Positions 25,797 through 36,923 of a stretch of 64,000 bases of DNA are shown here, piece after piece (within the stretch, counting starts at the first letter, position 1; every line of letters begins with the position of its first letter). Origin of the DNA: Cyanophora paradoxa CCMP329 (lineage: Eukaryota; Plantae; Glaucophyta). A program made the translations under genes and the position numbers. Under the pieces are notes generated by a model. That model did no database searches. It saw only the letters and a program-made list of their open reading frames with translations, and was not told the origin of the DNA. Location of the stretch: contig QPMI01000005.1 in NCBI GenBank assembly GCA_004431415.1, positions 310,001-374,000 on the forward strand. The letters run 5' to 3'.

Positions 25797-26247
25797 GCCC
25801 GGTCCAGAGCCCGTCCGGCCTCGGCTGCGGCTTCGCGCCGGCTCGGCCTGGCCTGCGAAGTACTAGTCGCCTCGTACCTCTCCCCTTCCTCTCTTCCTTC
25901 CACTTCTCAAACCGGCTTCGCTCCAGCTTCTTGCCGGGTACCGTTCTCTGCATCCTCGCCTCTACTCCTCCGATCGCTTCTCGCCCCTCTACTCCTCCGA
26001 TCTTCCCTCCCCTTTAATTTCGTGTTCGCGCCAGCTTCAAGGCTTCACGGCTCTGCCCACTTTCTCCCCACTCGATCTCGGACTCGCTTTCCGCTTCCGC
26101 TTAGAAGACGTAACGATGCTGCGGGCCGCAGCGTGTACATGCGCAAGTGCGATCTTCTCGCGATCGCTCAGTTGAAATAGAACACTGTAAGAATAGGCCT
26201 AATCCAGAGAGGGCTAGCCAGCGATAGCTAGCTAGCCGGCTAGCTAG

Positions 26248-27888
26248 CTAGCCGGGGGGAGCCGGCGCCCCGGCGCGCTCCAGCGCCCGCTTGCGCTTCC
26301 CCGCCGAGGAGGGGTCCTCGGGGGCCTGTACCCCCGCGGGCTCCAGGCCGGCGCCGCTGCCCGCGGGCCGCGCCAGGCCCGCCGTGATGGCCTCCGTGCG
26401 CCTCCGCTCCTCCTCCGCCCGCTTCTTTGCCTTGCGCTCCCTTCGCTGCCGCTCCTCCTCCTCCCTCCGCCCCTGCTCCTTCCGCAGCCTTGGGAGGAAA
26501 GAGGGTCAGGGGTACGCGGTTTCTTGGGGGAGGGGGTACGCGCACGTCTCGGAGGCCGCCTTGCGGAGCTGCCGCACCTTCTTGTCGATCGCGAGGCTGC
26601 GGGGCGAGTCGGCTCCGAGCACCGGGGAAGGGGGGGGGAGGGGGGGATGAGGGGGTACCAGTCTGTTTTTTCGGGCGGTGCGCCGGTGGAGCCTAGGAGC
26701 GCGGCCACGGCCTCGACGCGCTCCATGAGGTCGGCCGGGGGGGCGGGCGCGGCCCCGCCGCCGCCGCCGGCCGACGCCTGCCCCGCCACCGCGTCGAACA
26801 AGGGCGCGAAGTCGAGAGACAGCTCCCGGCAGGCCAGGAGGAGGCACGCAAGCCCCGTCTGGCCGGGGGGGTACAGCAGCGGCGCGTCCGTGAGCAGCGA
26901 GCGGCGGGCCCAGGCCCGCGCCTTCTCGCCCACCTGCCGCCGCGGATCGACCCCGGGGGCTAGCAGAGACCGGCGGAGGGGGAAAGAGAGGCGCACGTCC
27001 GGTCGGCGGCCCTCCAGGATACCCCCCTCCTCCGCGATGACGAGGTACCCCGTGATCGACCGGCTCGGGTGGTAGCAGATCAAATTGAACTTGAGCGCCT
27101 CGAGCAGCGGCAGCTCGGCGTCCAGTATCGCTTTGGGTTCCTGCTTCAGCTCCCGCCCCAGCATCTCCGCGGACACGTAGCTCTCCTCGGTCTTGCAGGC
27201 GACGTAGATGCAGACCATCCTGCGCTCGCCCGCGCCCGCGTGAGCGGCGCGCTGCGGCGGGACGCGCGGGGCGCACAGGATCTGCCGCGGGTCGCGCTCG
27301 ATGATCGAGTTGTCGACGTAGAAGCGCTTGAAGTACGTTACTGCGGTCGCCTGGCGAGCGGAGGGCGCGCGCGCGTCAGTGGCCGAGAGGGCGGGCGACG
27401 GCGGACGGCAGGGGCGGCCGCACGAAGACGCTGTCCAAGAACTTGAACTTGTGCGAGATGGCATCGATTTGGTACTCGAAATACAGCTGCAGCTTGAGCG
27501 CGTCATCTACGCTCAGCTGCAGCGCGCCCGACCGGCTGCTGCCGGCCTCTGAGCCCTCTGCGCTTGCCCAATCTGCAGAGGCACGCGAAAGCACGCGCAC
27601 CGCACCGCACCTACGTCGAGCGACATCGAATCCGGCGGCTGCGAGCCGCCGCCGGGCGATGTGTCCATCGCATCGGCCACGCCGTCGGGAACCGGCGAGG
27701 CCGCCGATGCGCCCTGCGGCATGCATCTCGGCGGGAGCGGTATGCGTCTCGGTGGGCGAAGGCACGGGCGGCCGCACCCTCGAGGCAGCTACGTGCTGGA
27801 GCGCGAGGTCGGTGGAGCGCTGCCGCCTCGCCCGCAGCTCCTGCTCCGTGAAGATCCAGTTCTTGCGCTGCGTCGATGTCTGGAACAT
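26248..27888 (-). CDS. CCNH: Cyclin H (CAK/TFIIH subunit)
   Basis: MFQTSTQRKNWIFT N-terminus; ATAVTYFKRFYVDNSIIERDPRQILMVCIYVACKTEE cyclin box; ELPLLEALKFNLICYHPSR. Confidence 0.9.
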
Positions 27889-28206
27889 CGCTGGCTCGAG
27901 CTTCGCCTGCAGCGGGCCGGCGGCGCGCGGCGCTCAGAGCTGGGCGGAAGGCTCCTACAAGATGGTCTGGATTGAATCTCTGCGTGCTGCAAACGACTTT
28001 GCTTCGACGAAGCGCAATCGTGTGCGTACCCCCACACTTGGCGCGCCGCGCGCCGCGCGCTGCGCGTAGTCGCGCGACTCGCCGCGCTAGCCGCGCGACT
28101 ACGCGCACGAGCCGCGCGACGGCATTGAAAGCAGAACAAGGTGAGGCCTGCAGGGCTAGCCTTAAGCCTTTAGCCATACTAATAGCTGACCGCGCTGCCG
28201 CAGGCC

Positions 28207-29071
28207 ATGGCGTGGTCGGTCAGGACGCTGAGGGTTGCGAACGAGGGTCTCACCGAGTGGCCGGCGGCGGAGATCGCGGCGGCGGGGCCGGAGAACATCC
28301 GTGCGCTCGACCTCAGCCGCAACAAGCTCACGAGCATCCCGGGGGCCGAGCTCGCGAAGCTGACAAACCTGGAGTGGCTGTGGTTGACCAACAACCAGCT
28401 GACGGACCTGCCGCCGGAGATCGGCCGTCTCGTAGACCTGTAGATGCTGGATGCCGATAACAACCAGCTGACAGAGCTGCCGCCGGATATAGGGCGCCTC
28501 GCGGCCCTCTGGCAGCTCGAGTTGAGCAAGAACCGGCTGACGGCGCTGCCGGCGGAGCTCTTCGGCCTCCCGGCGCTGCAGACGCTGAGCCTGGCCTACA
28601 ACAAGCTGACGGCGCTGCCGCCGGAGATCGGGCGCCTCCCGGCCCTGGAGCTTCTTTTCGTCGACGATAACCCCGTGGTGGACTCGTGGCCCGAGCCCGT
28701 CCGCCTCGCCATCGAGAAGTTCGAGAACGATGGCGAAGACCAGTGCGCTACGGTCAAGGCCCACATGTACTCCCTCGGCGCTCCCTTCCCCGCGGTGAGG
28801 CCTGGCTACGCATACCCCCCTCCCTCCCCCCCCCTCCCCTCCCTCTCCCTCCCCCATCTTCATGCCCCGCCCCTCCCGTCCGCCCCTCCTTCCTCCCCTT
28901 GCCCTTGCCCCCCCCTCCCCCCTGTCCCGCCCTGTCCCTCCCCCTTCCCCCCCCTCCCCCCCTCTCACCCCCTCGCCCCGCCCCCGGCAGGCTGCTTCCC
29001 TTCCCCCGCTTCCCCGCCCCGCCGCTTCCACCCCTTATATTACTACGTCGTGTTCGCGGCGGCTGGCCTTG
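28207..29071 (+). pseudogene. Second LRR gene of the same family as 17828-19211, with in-frame TAG at 28441-28443
   Basis: Same N-cap (WPAAEI...GPENI..LDLS.N.LTSIPG.ELAKLTNL), same number of 23-aa repeats, same C-cap (DNP.V.SWPEPVR); no RING found downstream; 3' boundary uncertain (C-rich low complexity). Confidence 0.7.
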
Positions 29072-29524
29072 GTGACATGCCCGCCGCTACGGCCCGGAAA
29101 ACGGCTCACGCGCGCGGGGGCGTTGCGCAGGGTGAGCCTCGGTACCGAGCCGAGCCTCCGAGGCTCGATCTCGAAGCGAGCCTTCATCGAAATCGGATGG
29201 TCCAAGGCTTGCTGCCCTCGGTCCCTGTCCGGCTCGCGCTGGCCTTGCAACTGGCCCTGGCCCCGTCCCCGGAGGCGTTGAGACTCTGAGAACCTGAGCG
29301 GCGCCTTAAAGCATTGCCTATGACAGCGCTAGCGGCATACAGCGGCATGAATACTGCAGTACGTACACATTGAACACTTTTGACGCGGAGAACATGCATC
29401 ATGGAATGCAGATGAATTACCGATTTCAATGCTATAATAGTACAACTTGAATAAAGTGCGACCTGCCAGGCTGCTAAACTAGTAAATGCATCATGGCATC
29501 TAAGCGATAAACTATTTCTAAGAC

Positions 29525-32500
29525 TTACAGCTTTAATGAAGGGGGCACGACTCGGCGACGCACAATTGCAAGCAGTGCAACCGACCGCCGGCGCCCCTGG
29601 CCGACGGCCTCGTTGAAAATGGGACTCCAGGGCCCCGGCTCACGCCGCCTCTGGCACGGGCCGCGGGGCGCCGGCGAGGGACCCCGGGAGCTCGGTGGGG
29701 GTACCGCCGCCGGACATAACGGGCGCCAGCCGCACGCCGCTGCGGCCGCTGCGGAAGCTGACGCCGCCGCGGAGGGTAACGCCGCCCGCGGAGCCGTCCC
29801 CGTCGTCGAGGAAGTGGAGGGGGGTAGTGTGGACGACGGGGGGGAGGGGGAGGGGAGCGGGGCCGGGGGCGTGAGGGGCGTGAGGGGCGAGGGGAGGGTG
29901 GAGAGGGGCGAGGCGAGCTCGTGTACCCCCGAACCGCCGTTCGAGCTGGGTAGCACGACAACGCGCGGCTTCCCCTTGGCGCTCGCTGCAGGGGGCGCGG
30001 CCGAGATCGAGGCCGAGGCAGCCGACGCCGGCGGGGGCGGGGCCTGGGCCGGCCCGCCCTTTTCCTTCTCCCTTTCAGGTCCGCCGCCGCCGCCGCCGCC
30101 GCCGCCGGCGGCGCCGGCAAGGGCGCCCACCGCCTCCGCGACGGCCGCCAGCGCCGCCCGCTGCTCCTCCATTCCCTCCGCCACCTGCAGTCAGATTCAA
30201 CCACCGACTCCGAATTGAATCGGTGAGTCACGGCCGGTACGTACCTCGCGGACGAGCGCCTCGAGCCGGTCGAGGCGGCCGCAGGCCTCCGCGCCCTCCT
30301 CGGAGCACGCGCCGCTCCCGTGCGCGTGCGACTCCTGGTGCTGCGGAGGGAAAGAAGGGAGGGAAGAAAGCTGAGGAAAGAGAGGAGCGGAACGGCAGGA
30401 AAGAACAAGGGGGGGGGTGGAGGGAGGGGGGTACGGACCTCTCGCCAGCGCTTGCGGACCATTTTGAAGTCCATTACGGCGCGGCGGAGGGCGCGCCGGT
30501 CGAAGGGCAGGCGCTGCACGGGCCCGCCGAACCCCAGGGCCGCCCGCAGCGTCGGCCGGCCGGCCGCCACCGGCACCGAGCCCTTCGGCGACACCGGCCC
30601 CGCCCCGCGCACGGAGCCGCCGGCCTCCGCCTCCTCCTGCTCCTTGGCCTTCGCCTTGAGCTCCTTGTGCAGGCGCCAGAGCCGCTGCATGCAGGCCGCC
30701 GCCGAATTGCGGTACTCCTTCTGAAACGCCGACTCGGATAAGGTGTCCAGTACCCGCGCCTGGGGCTTCGTCAGGCGAAGGTTCTCCTGAACCACTGCGC
30801 CGAAAGGCCGTCAGGGGGGTACGGTGCAGGCGGAGGGCGGGCGTGGCTTCGCACCCGTGATGAGGAGGGCCGTGGTGCAGAGGCCGAAGAAGACGGAGAT
30901 CGCGACGACGGTCCGACCGGGGTACGTGAGCGGGTAGATGTCTGCAGAGGTTTAGCGGGGAGGGGGGCACAAGGCGCGGGAAACGCTCTGCCGAACCTCC
31001 GAACCCGACCGTCGTCTGCGAGCGCGCGGTGTGCGTCAGAGCAGTGGGGGGAGGGGGGGGTGGGGAAGAGAGCGCAGGGGGGTACGGCCGCACCAGGGCG
31101 ATGTAGAGGTTCCACTGGGCGTCCGAGAACATGTACTCGGGCCGGGCCGCCTGGAGGGGTACATGAGCAACGGGGGGCGGGGACAAGGGGGGTACGGCGG
31201 GCCTGCTCGCAGATCATGAGGGCGTAGGAGGAGACCACCAGGTTGCCCAGAATGATGCACCCCCTGCGGAGCAGGGAGGGGGGTACGTGAACGACGCAGG
31301 AGGGGGAAGAGGCAGCGGGGAGGGGTACGGCGCACAGGACGATGAAGGGGTACCGTTCCAGGAGCGCCTTGAGCACGAAGTAGACGGACGGCTCGGTGTT
31401 GTTCATATTGCAGAGAAAGCGGCCGCCCTGCGCGAGATACGGTTAAAGGGGGTACAGGGAAAACGGAAGGAAACGAGTGGCGTACCCCCTTGCTGACGGA
31501 GTGGTGGTCCCGCATAGATCGGAAGAGGAGGTACAGCTTCAGGAAGACCGTCAGGCCCAGCATCCGCTCGTCGTACTGCGGGGAGGGGGGGGAGGGGGGG
31601 TACGAAGGTGCCGGTTCGATTCCGCGCGGGGCCCTTTTTGCTTTCGAGTGGCGGGAGGGCGCGAGCGAGCGCACGAAGATGACGTTGTTCTCGGTGTCCC
31701 GGGCCTCCATGGACCACCGTACCCCCGGCGGGATGTGCCCTGCGACAAAGACGGGGACGGGGAGGGGGTCGGTCAGAGGCGCAGGGGGAGGGCAGGCCAC
31801 GGCGCGAAAAGCGCGGGCCCTTGGCCTAGCCGCCTATGCTTTCGCTAATGGTTCTCAGAGCTGCCCTGCATGGCCCGCAGACGCGGGCCCCGAGCAAGCA
31901 AGCGGGGCGCACATGCGCAGACGAAGGCTTCCACGAGGAACATCTTCCAGAGGCCCGAGCTCCACAGCGTTTCCTCCTTTGGCATGATGCTGCTGATCTT
32001 GAGGGCCTGGTTCGGCAAGCGAGTTCGGTTAGGAACTGTTAGGGGGCTCGGTTCGTTCTGTTCAGGGGGTACGGACCTGCAGCTCGAGCTGGTAGGCCTT
32101 GTACAGGAGGAGAATGATGGCAAAACATAGGCCGGTGATCACGCCCCGCAGCGCATTGTTCATCTCCCCTGCGGAGCGGAGCGGAGCGCGGGGGTCGGCG
32201 GGCGTCGGTGACCGAGCGGGGGGGGGGAGGGCCGCACCCCTGGAGGTGTAGCACTGGTTGTCGACGACCATGAGGACGATGGCGATCACGGCGAGCACGC
32301 ACGCCGCGTCGTCCACGACTTGGAGCTGCGCCCGCATGGATCAAATGTTTGATCGAGGCCGGGCGGACGCGCGGGCGGGCTGCCAAGTCCGGCGGCGCGA
32401 GCCGCGCGGCGCGCCGCACCCGCTTGGCGTTGGACTGCGAGGTCCATTCCATAAAAGACGATGCGATGGTGTTGCGGCGGCCGCGGCCGTTGTCCGGGGC

Positions 32501-32897
32501 TCTGCGCAGCGTCGGGCGGAGCGGGGCGGGGCGGGGCGGGGCACGGCGCCGCGGACCGGGGCGGGCTCTGAGGGGGCCCCTGACCGGCGGGCCCAGATGA
32601 CAAAACGGAAGAAGCAGATGTGCGGCGGAGGTCTGAGCGCACGCCGGCGCCCAGGCCATTCGCGCTTCCGGGCGTGTTCTGCGACTTGCTCTCGGTTGCA
32701 CCCTGGACCGGGAACCGCACGGTGTCACTGTGCGCTAGCTCGGCCTTCCGGCTCTCTATCGTGTCCCGCCCGCCGAGGCTGTCCCTCCTGTCGTGCACTC
32801 TTCTCTGCAAGCTGCCCGGCGGCCCGGGCGCAGCATTCCCGTACGTAACACTGCCTCGTGACTTGGCTGCACTGGCCGCTGCAGCTGACTGAAGCAT
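29525..32897 (-). CDS. SK/IK-like (KCNN family) Ca2+-activated K+ channel, paralog 1
   Basis: Six TM segments, LKLYLLFRSMRDH S4, pore TTVGFG|DIYPLTYPGR, S6 FFGLCTTALLIT, CaM-binding-like KEYRNSAAACMQRLWRLHK; 3' end approximate. Confidence 0.82.
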
Positions 32898-33638
32898 CCT
32901 CGCGGCTGGCGGTCGTCTGAGCGCGGTCTGGCTGAGATAAGAGGCTGCGCTAAGGAGATTTCTGCTATCGGACCATCACAAACAGCTAGCTGAACTGCCC
33001 AGGAAGCCCGGCGCTCGTTGTCGAGGTGGCAGAGTTGCAACTTGCTAGTTGCAACCGAGGGGTACGGTACTGGTTAGCCATTTCCGGCCGAGAATTCGAA
33101 CCGCTGCTAGCGCGCGCTGCGCGCTTATCGCGCTGACACAGATCCGATGATCGACGCGAGCTCACTGGCACAGATCTAGATCGACGCGAGCTCCGAGGCG
33201 CCGGCATGACTCAGTGAGCATGATCATGAACTCGGAATTGATCGACCTAGATCTGGCCCCAGAGTCGCGCAGAGGCTAGATCTAGATCTACTAGGCTACT
33301 AGGCTAGACTCCCGCTAGAGTCGCGCATGCGCAGCAGAGCCGAACTTCGGAACTACGTATACAATTGCAAACCGGACCGTTGATCATTGTATCGATTTGA
33401 TTGCCAAGTTGTTTCGCTCTCGTAGAGGCGAACACTGCAACTGCAACTGCACGATACAATCTGACAATATGCGAAATGCAAAAAGCAAACTGATATATAA
33501 TCGCAATAAGAATCGCGGGTTGCCGCTTGGCCAGCGCTAGCGCTCGGCGCTCGCTGGATGCCGCGCCGGCGCCGGCCGCGGCCACCCCAACTAGGCTAGG
33601 ATGCCTCGGCGGGCTGGAGGGAGGCGTAGGGCGCGACG

Positions 33639-36435
33639 TCATCCGAAGAAACAGGGGAGACGGAGGCGGCGGGGATGTCGATCGGCTGGCGCTGCGGTGT
33701 ACGGCGTCAGAGGGGGGCCGGAGAGGGAGGGCCTGGGGGAGGTCCAGCGGGAACAACGTACCCGGACGGACTGGAGGGGGGAGGCCGGGCCCGTGGCGTC
33801 GGCCTCGGCCGCCGGCGCGGCTCGGGAGGCGGCCCGCGACACGGCTCGCGAGGCTCCTCCGTGGGAGGCCGCGCGGGCCAGGGCCCGCATCGATCGCTGG
33901 TTCGTCGCGCCCCAGCGCTCGTCGATCCGGTCCAGAAGCTGAGAGGGGGGTCCGAGAGAGAAAGTAAGCCCGAGCGAAAGGGCCCCGCGCGGAATCGAAC
34001 CCCGCACCTCGACCATCATCTCCTCGACGCGCTCGACGCGGGCGGCGACCATCGCGAGGCCGTTCTGCTCCTCTGCGGCCCACGTCAGGCGCGGGAAGAA
34101 GCGGAGGGGGGGGGGGTACCGAAGGCGCCGTGGTTCTCCTGGTACTCCCGCCAACGCTTCCGCACCAGCTTGAAGTCCTGCGAGAGTACGCTTTCGTCAG
34201 GGAGATACAGAATCGTTTCCGCGAGGCCGGGGCCACGAGGCCTGACCGTGACGGCTATCCGGAGGGCGCGTCGCTCGGCCGAATTTAGGGGCCCGAGACC
34301 GGCGCGGGAGGGGGCCCGCGCGGCCCCCGCCGGCGCGACCACGCCCCCGCGGGCCCGTCGGCGCTTGTGGAGGCGCCAGAGGCGCTGGAGGCAGGCGGCG
34401 GCCGCGTCGCGCAGCTCCTTCTGGAACGCCGCCGTGCTGAGCGTCTCCAGCACGCGCACTTGCGGCTTCGTCAGGCGAAGGGTCTCCTGCACGACTGCGC
34501 CGGAAGGGCGTGAGAGGGGTACGGTGCAGGCGGAGGGCGGGCATGATTTCGTACCCGTGATGAGGAGGGCGGTGCTGCACAGCCCAAAGAACACGGAGAT
34601 GGCGACGACGGTCCGACCGGGGTACGTGAGCGGGTAGATGTCTGCGGGGGGTGAGAAGAGAACGGGTACAAGGCGCCGGAAATTCTCGGCCGGACCTCCG
34701 AACCCGACTGTCGTCTGCGAGCGCGCGGGGTGCGTCAGAGCAGTGGGGGGAGGGGGTGTGGGGAAGAGAGCGCAGGGGGGTACGGCCGCACCAGGGCGAT
34801 GTAAAGGTTCCACAGGCCGTCGCTGTACAGGTACCCCGGCTCGAACGCCTTCCGGAGGGGTACGGGCGTCGGCGGACAGGGATGGTCGACGGGGAGCGGG
34901 GGGCACGAGGGGCGCCCACCCTCTCGCATAGGACCAGCGCGTAGGACGATACCACGAGGTTGCAGAGAAGGATCGAGCCCCTGGACAAGAGAAAGAGAGG
35001 GGGGGGGGGGGGGGCGAGTTTAGCCCTGGGGGAGGAAGCGGAGAAGGGTACTGCGGAGCGCACAGGACCAGCACAGGGTTGCGCTCCAGCATCGCTTTCA
35101 GAACGAAGAAGACGGACGGCTCCGTGGCGTTCATCGTGCATAGGAATCGCCCGCCCTGCGCGGAATCCCGTTATTTGGGGTACAGGAAAGGGAAAACGAC
35201 TGGCGTACCCCCTTGCAGACGGAGTGGTGGTCGCGGAGGGAGCGAGCGAGGAGGTACAGCTTTCCCATCACCGTCAGCCCCAGCATCGCCTCATTGTACT
35301 GCCGATACGCGGGTTCGGATTCGCGCGGGGTCCTTTTTGAACTCGTAAGTTGTGAGGGGTACGCGAACCACGATGATGCTTCCGCTGGTGTCACGGGCCT
35401 CCATGTTCCAGCGCACCCCAGGCGGGACGTGCCCTGTCAGGGAGGTGAGATCCGGCGGGGGTACTGCAGGGGCAGGAGGGCGGGGGGTACGAACAGGAGC
35501 AGACGAAGGCCTCGACGAGGAACATCTTCCAGAGGCCAGAGCTCCACAGCGTCTCCTCCTTCGGGATCGTGTTGCTGATCTTCAGGGCCTAGGGGGTACG
35601 TGTCAAACGCCGAGCCGGGTCGAAACAAAGGGACCCGCGGGGGCTCGAACCTGGAGCTCCATCTGGTACGCGACGTACATGAGGATGATAATGACGCCGC
35701 AGAGGCCCGCAATGACGCTCCGCAGCGCATTGTTCATCTCGTCTGATTCAGGGGCTCGGATCCTCACGCGCGCCGTTCGAATGCATTCAAGCGAATCGCA
35801 CTGTATTTCGTGTAGTACTCGTTGTCGATCACAGTGAGGACGATCGCAGCGACGGCCAGGGCGCTCGCAGCGTCGCCCAGCGCCTGGAGCTGCTCGCCGC
35901 CGATCAAATGTTGGATCGAAATCAAATCAAGTTGAAAGCGGTTGAGTTCGGCCCGCACCTTCGTCCCGTTGCTGATTGACCTCCACTCATGGAAGGCTGA
36001 CGACATCTTGAGCCCGGCAATGGAGCTGCGCGGCGGCCGCTGAGCGGTCGGGCGCGGCGATCGGACCGGGGCGCCGCGGGCGAACCGCTTCCTCTGCGGC
36101 TCCGCCGCCGCTGGGCCCCGAGCTCGCGCGGGGCTCGACTTGGAGAAGGAACGGGATGGTTCCATGAGGACGACGGCGTGCGGGTGCGCCGGCTCCACTT
36201 TGCGCTCCTCCGTCTCGCCCCGCCGCGAGTTCTCGTTCTCCGGGGCGCGCGAGCCGCGGTGCCGCGGAAAAGCCTCTCCCGGCGGCAGCGGCGTGACGGG
36301 CTCTGCGTCCGGCTGGACTGGCCTCGGCTCGCCGGCGCGCTTGAAAGAGTTCATCCGCAGCCCGGGCGTGCTTGGGATCGCGGACCCCAGGTAGCTAACG
36401 CCGCCGGTCCGCCGGGCCGCGGCACCCGCGAGCAT
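33639..36435 (-). CDS. SK/IK-like K+ channel, paralog 2 (tandem duplicate)
   Basis: Same exon structure and motifs: GKLYLLARSLRDH, TTVGFG|DIYPLTYPGR, KELRDAAAACLQRLWRLHK; both ends approximate. Confidence 0.82.
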
Positions 36436-36923
36436 GGCTGCGTGTGGCACAGGCTAGCTAAAATCACTTCGCTTCTCTGCGAACTTCCCTCTCGCGGACG
36501 GGGCTAAGACGCGAAGGTGGGCGAGGTTGTGTCCGGTCTTAGCTAAGATCGCTGCGGCCGGACAGCAACGTGCTGGAAGATCGCCCTTAAGCTTCTGCAC
36601 TCATCGAGAGCGCAAAAAATCCATCGGGAGAGGGCCTGCGCTCGGCCGGGGCAGATTGCTGCAACTGTCCCGCAACCTCCGCCAGTGACCAAATGATCGT
36701 TGGATTGCCGAGCTGGGCTGGTGGGCTTCGCTTTGGCCGGTGTGAGCGTTAAACTGCCGGGCTGAAACGCTTGGCCCGACAAAGCGGCGGAGGACGGGTA
36801 CGCGACCAACGCAGTGATTCTCAGGGAGGCGGTTCCAGGCGCCGGGCAGCGCTTTAAGTTCGCAGCAGAAGTCGAGCATCAGCCTTCCGACGCTCAGGCC
36901 CCTCGCCCCGCCCCCCTGTTTGA

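Noticed and set aside
28441-28443. In-frame TAG as evidence of stop-codon reassignment or readthrough
   Set aside because: TAG is the genuine terminator of TMEM17, ZNF830, the oxygenase, cyclin H and the 4CL-like gene; a single substitution (e.g. from CAG/GAG) or an error is simpler
28800-29071. Pro-rich stalk plus transmembrane segment making LRR2 a surface receptor
   Set aside because: The region is poly-C low complexity with GT...CAG ends and is probably intronic; there is no signal peptide and the hydrophobic stretch is short
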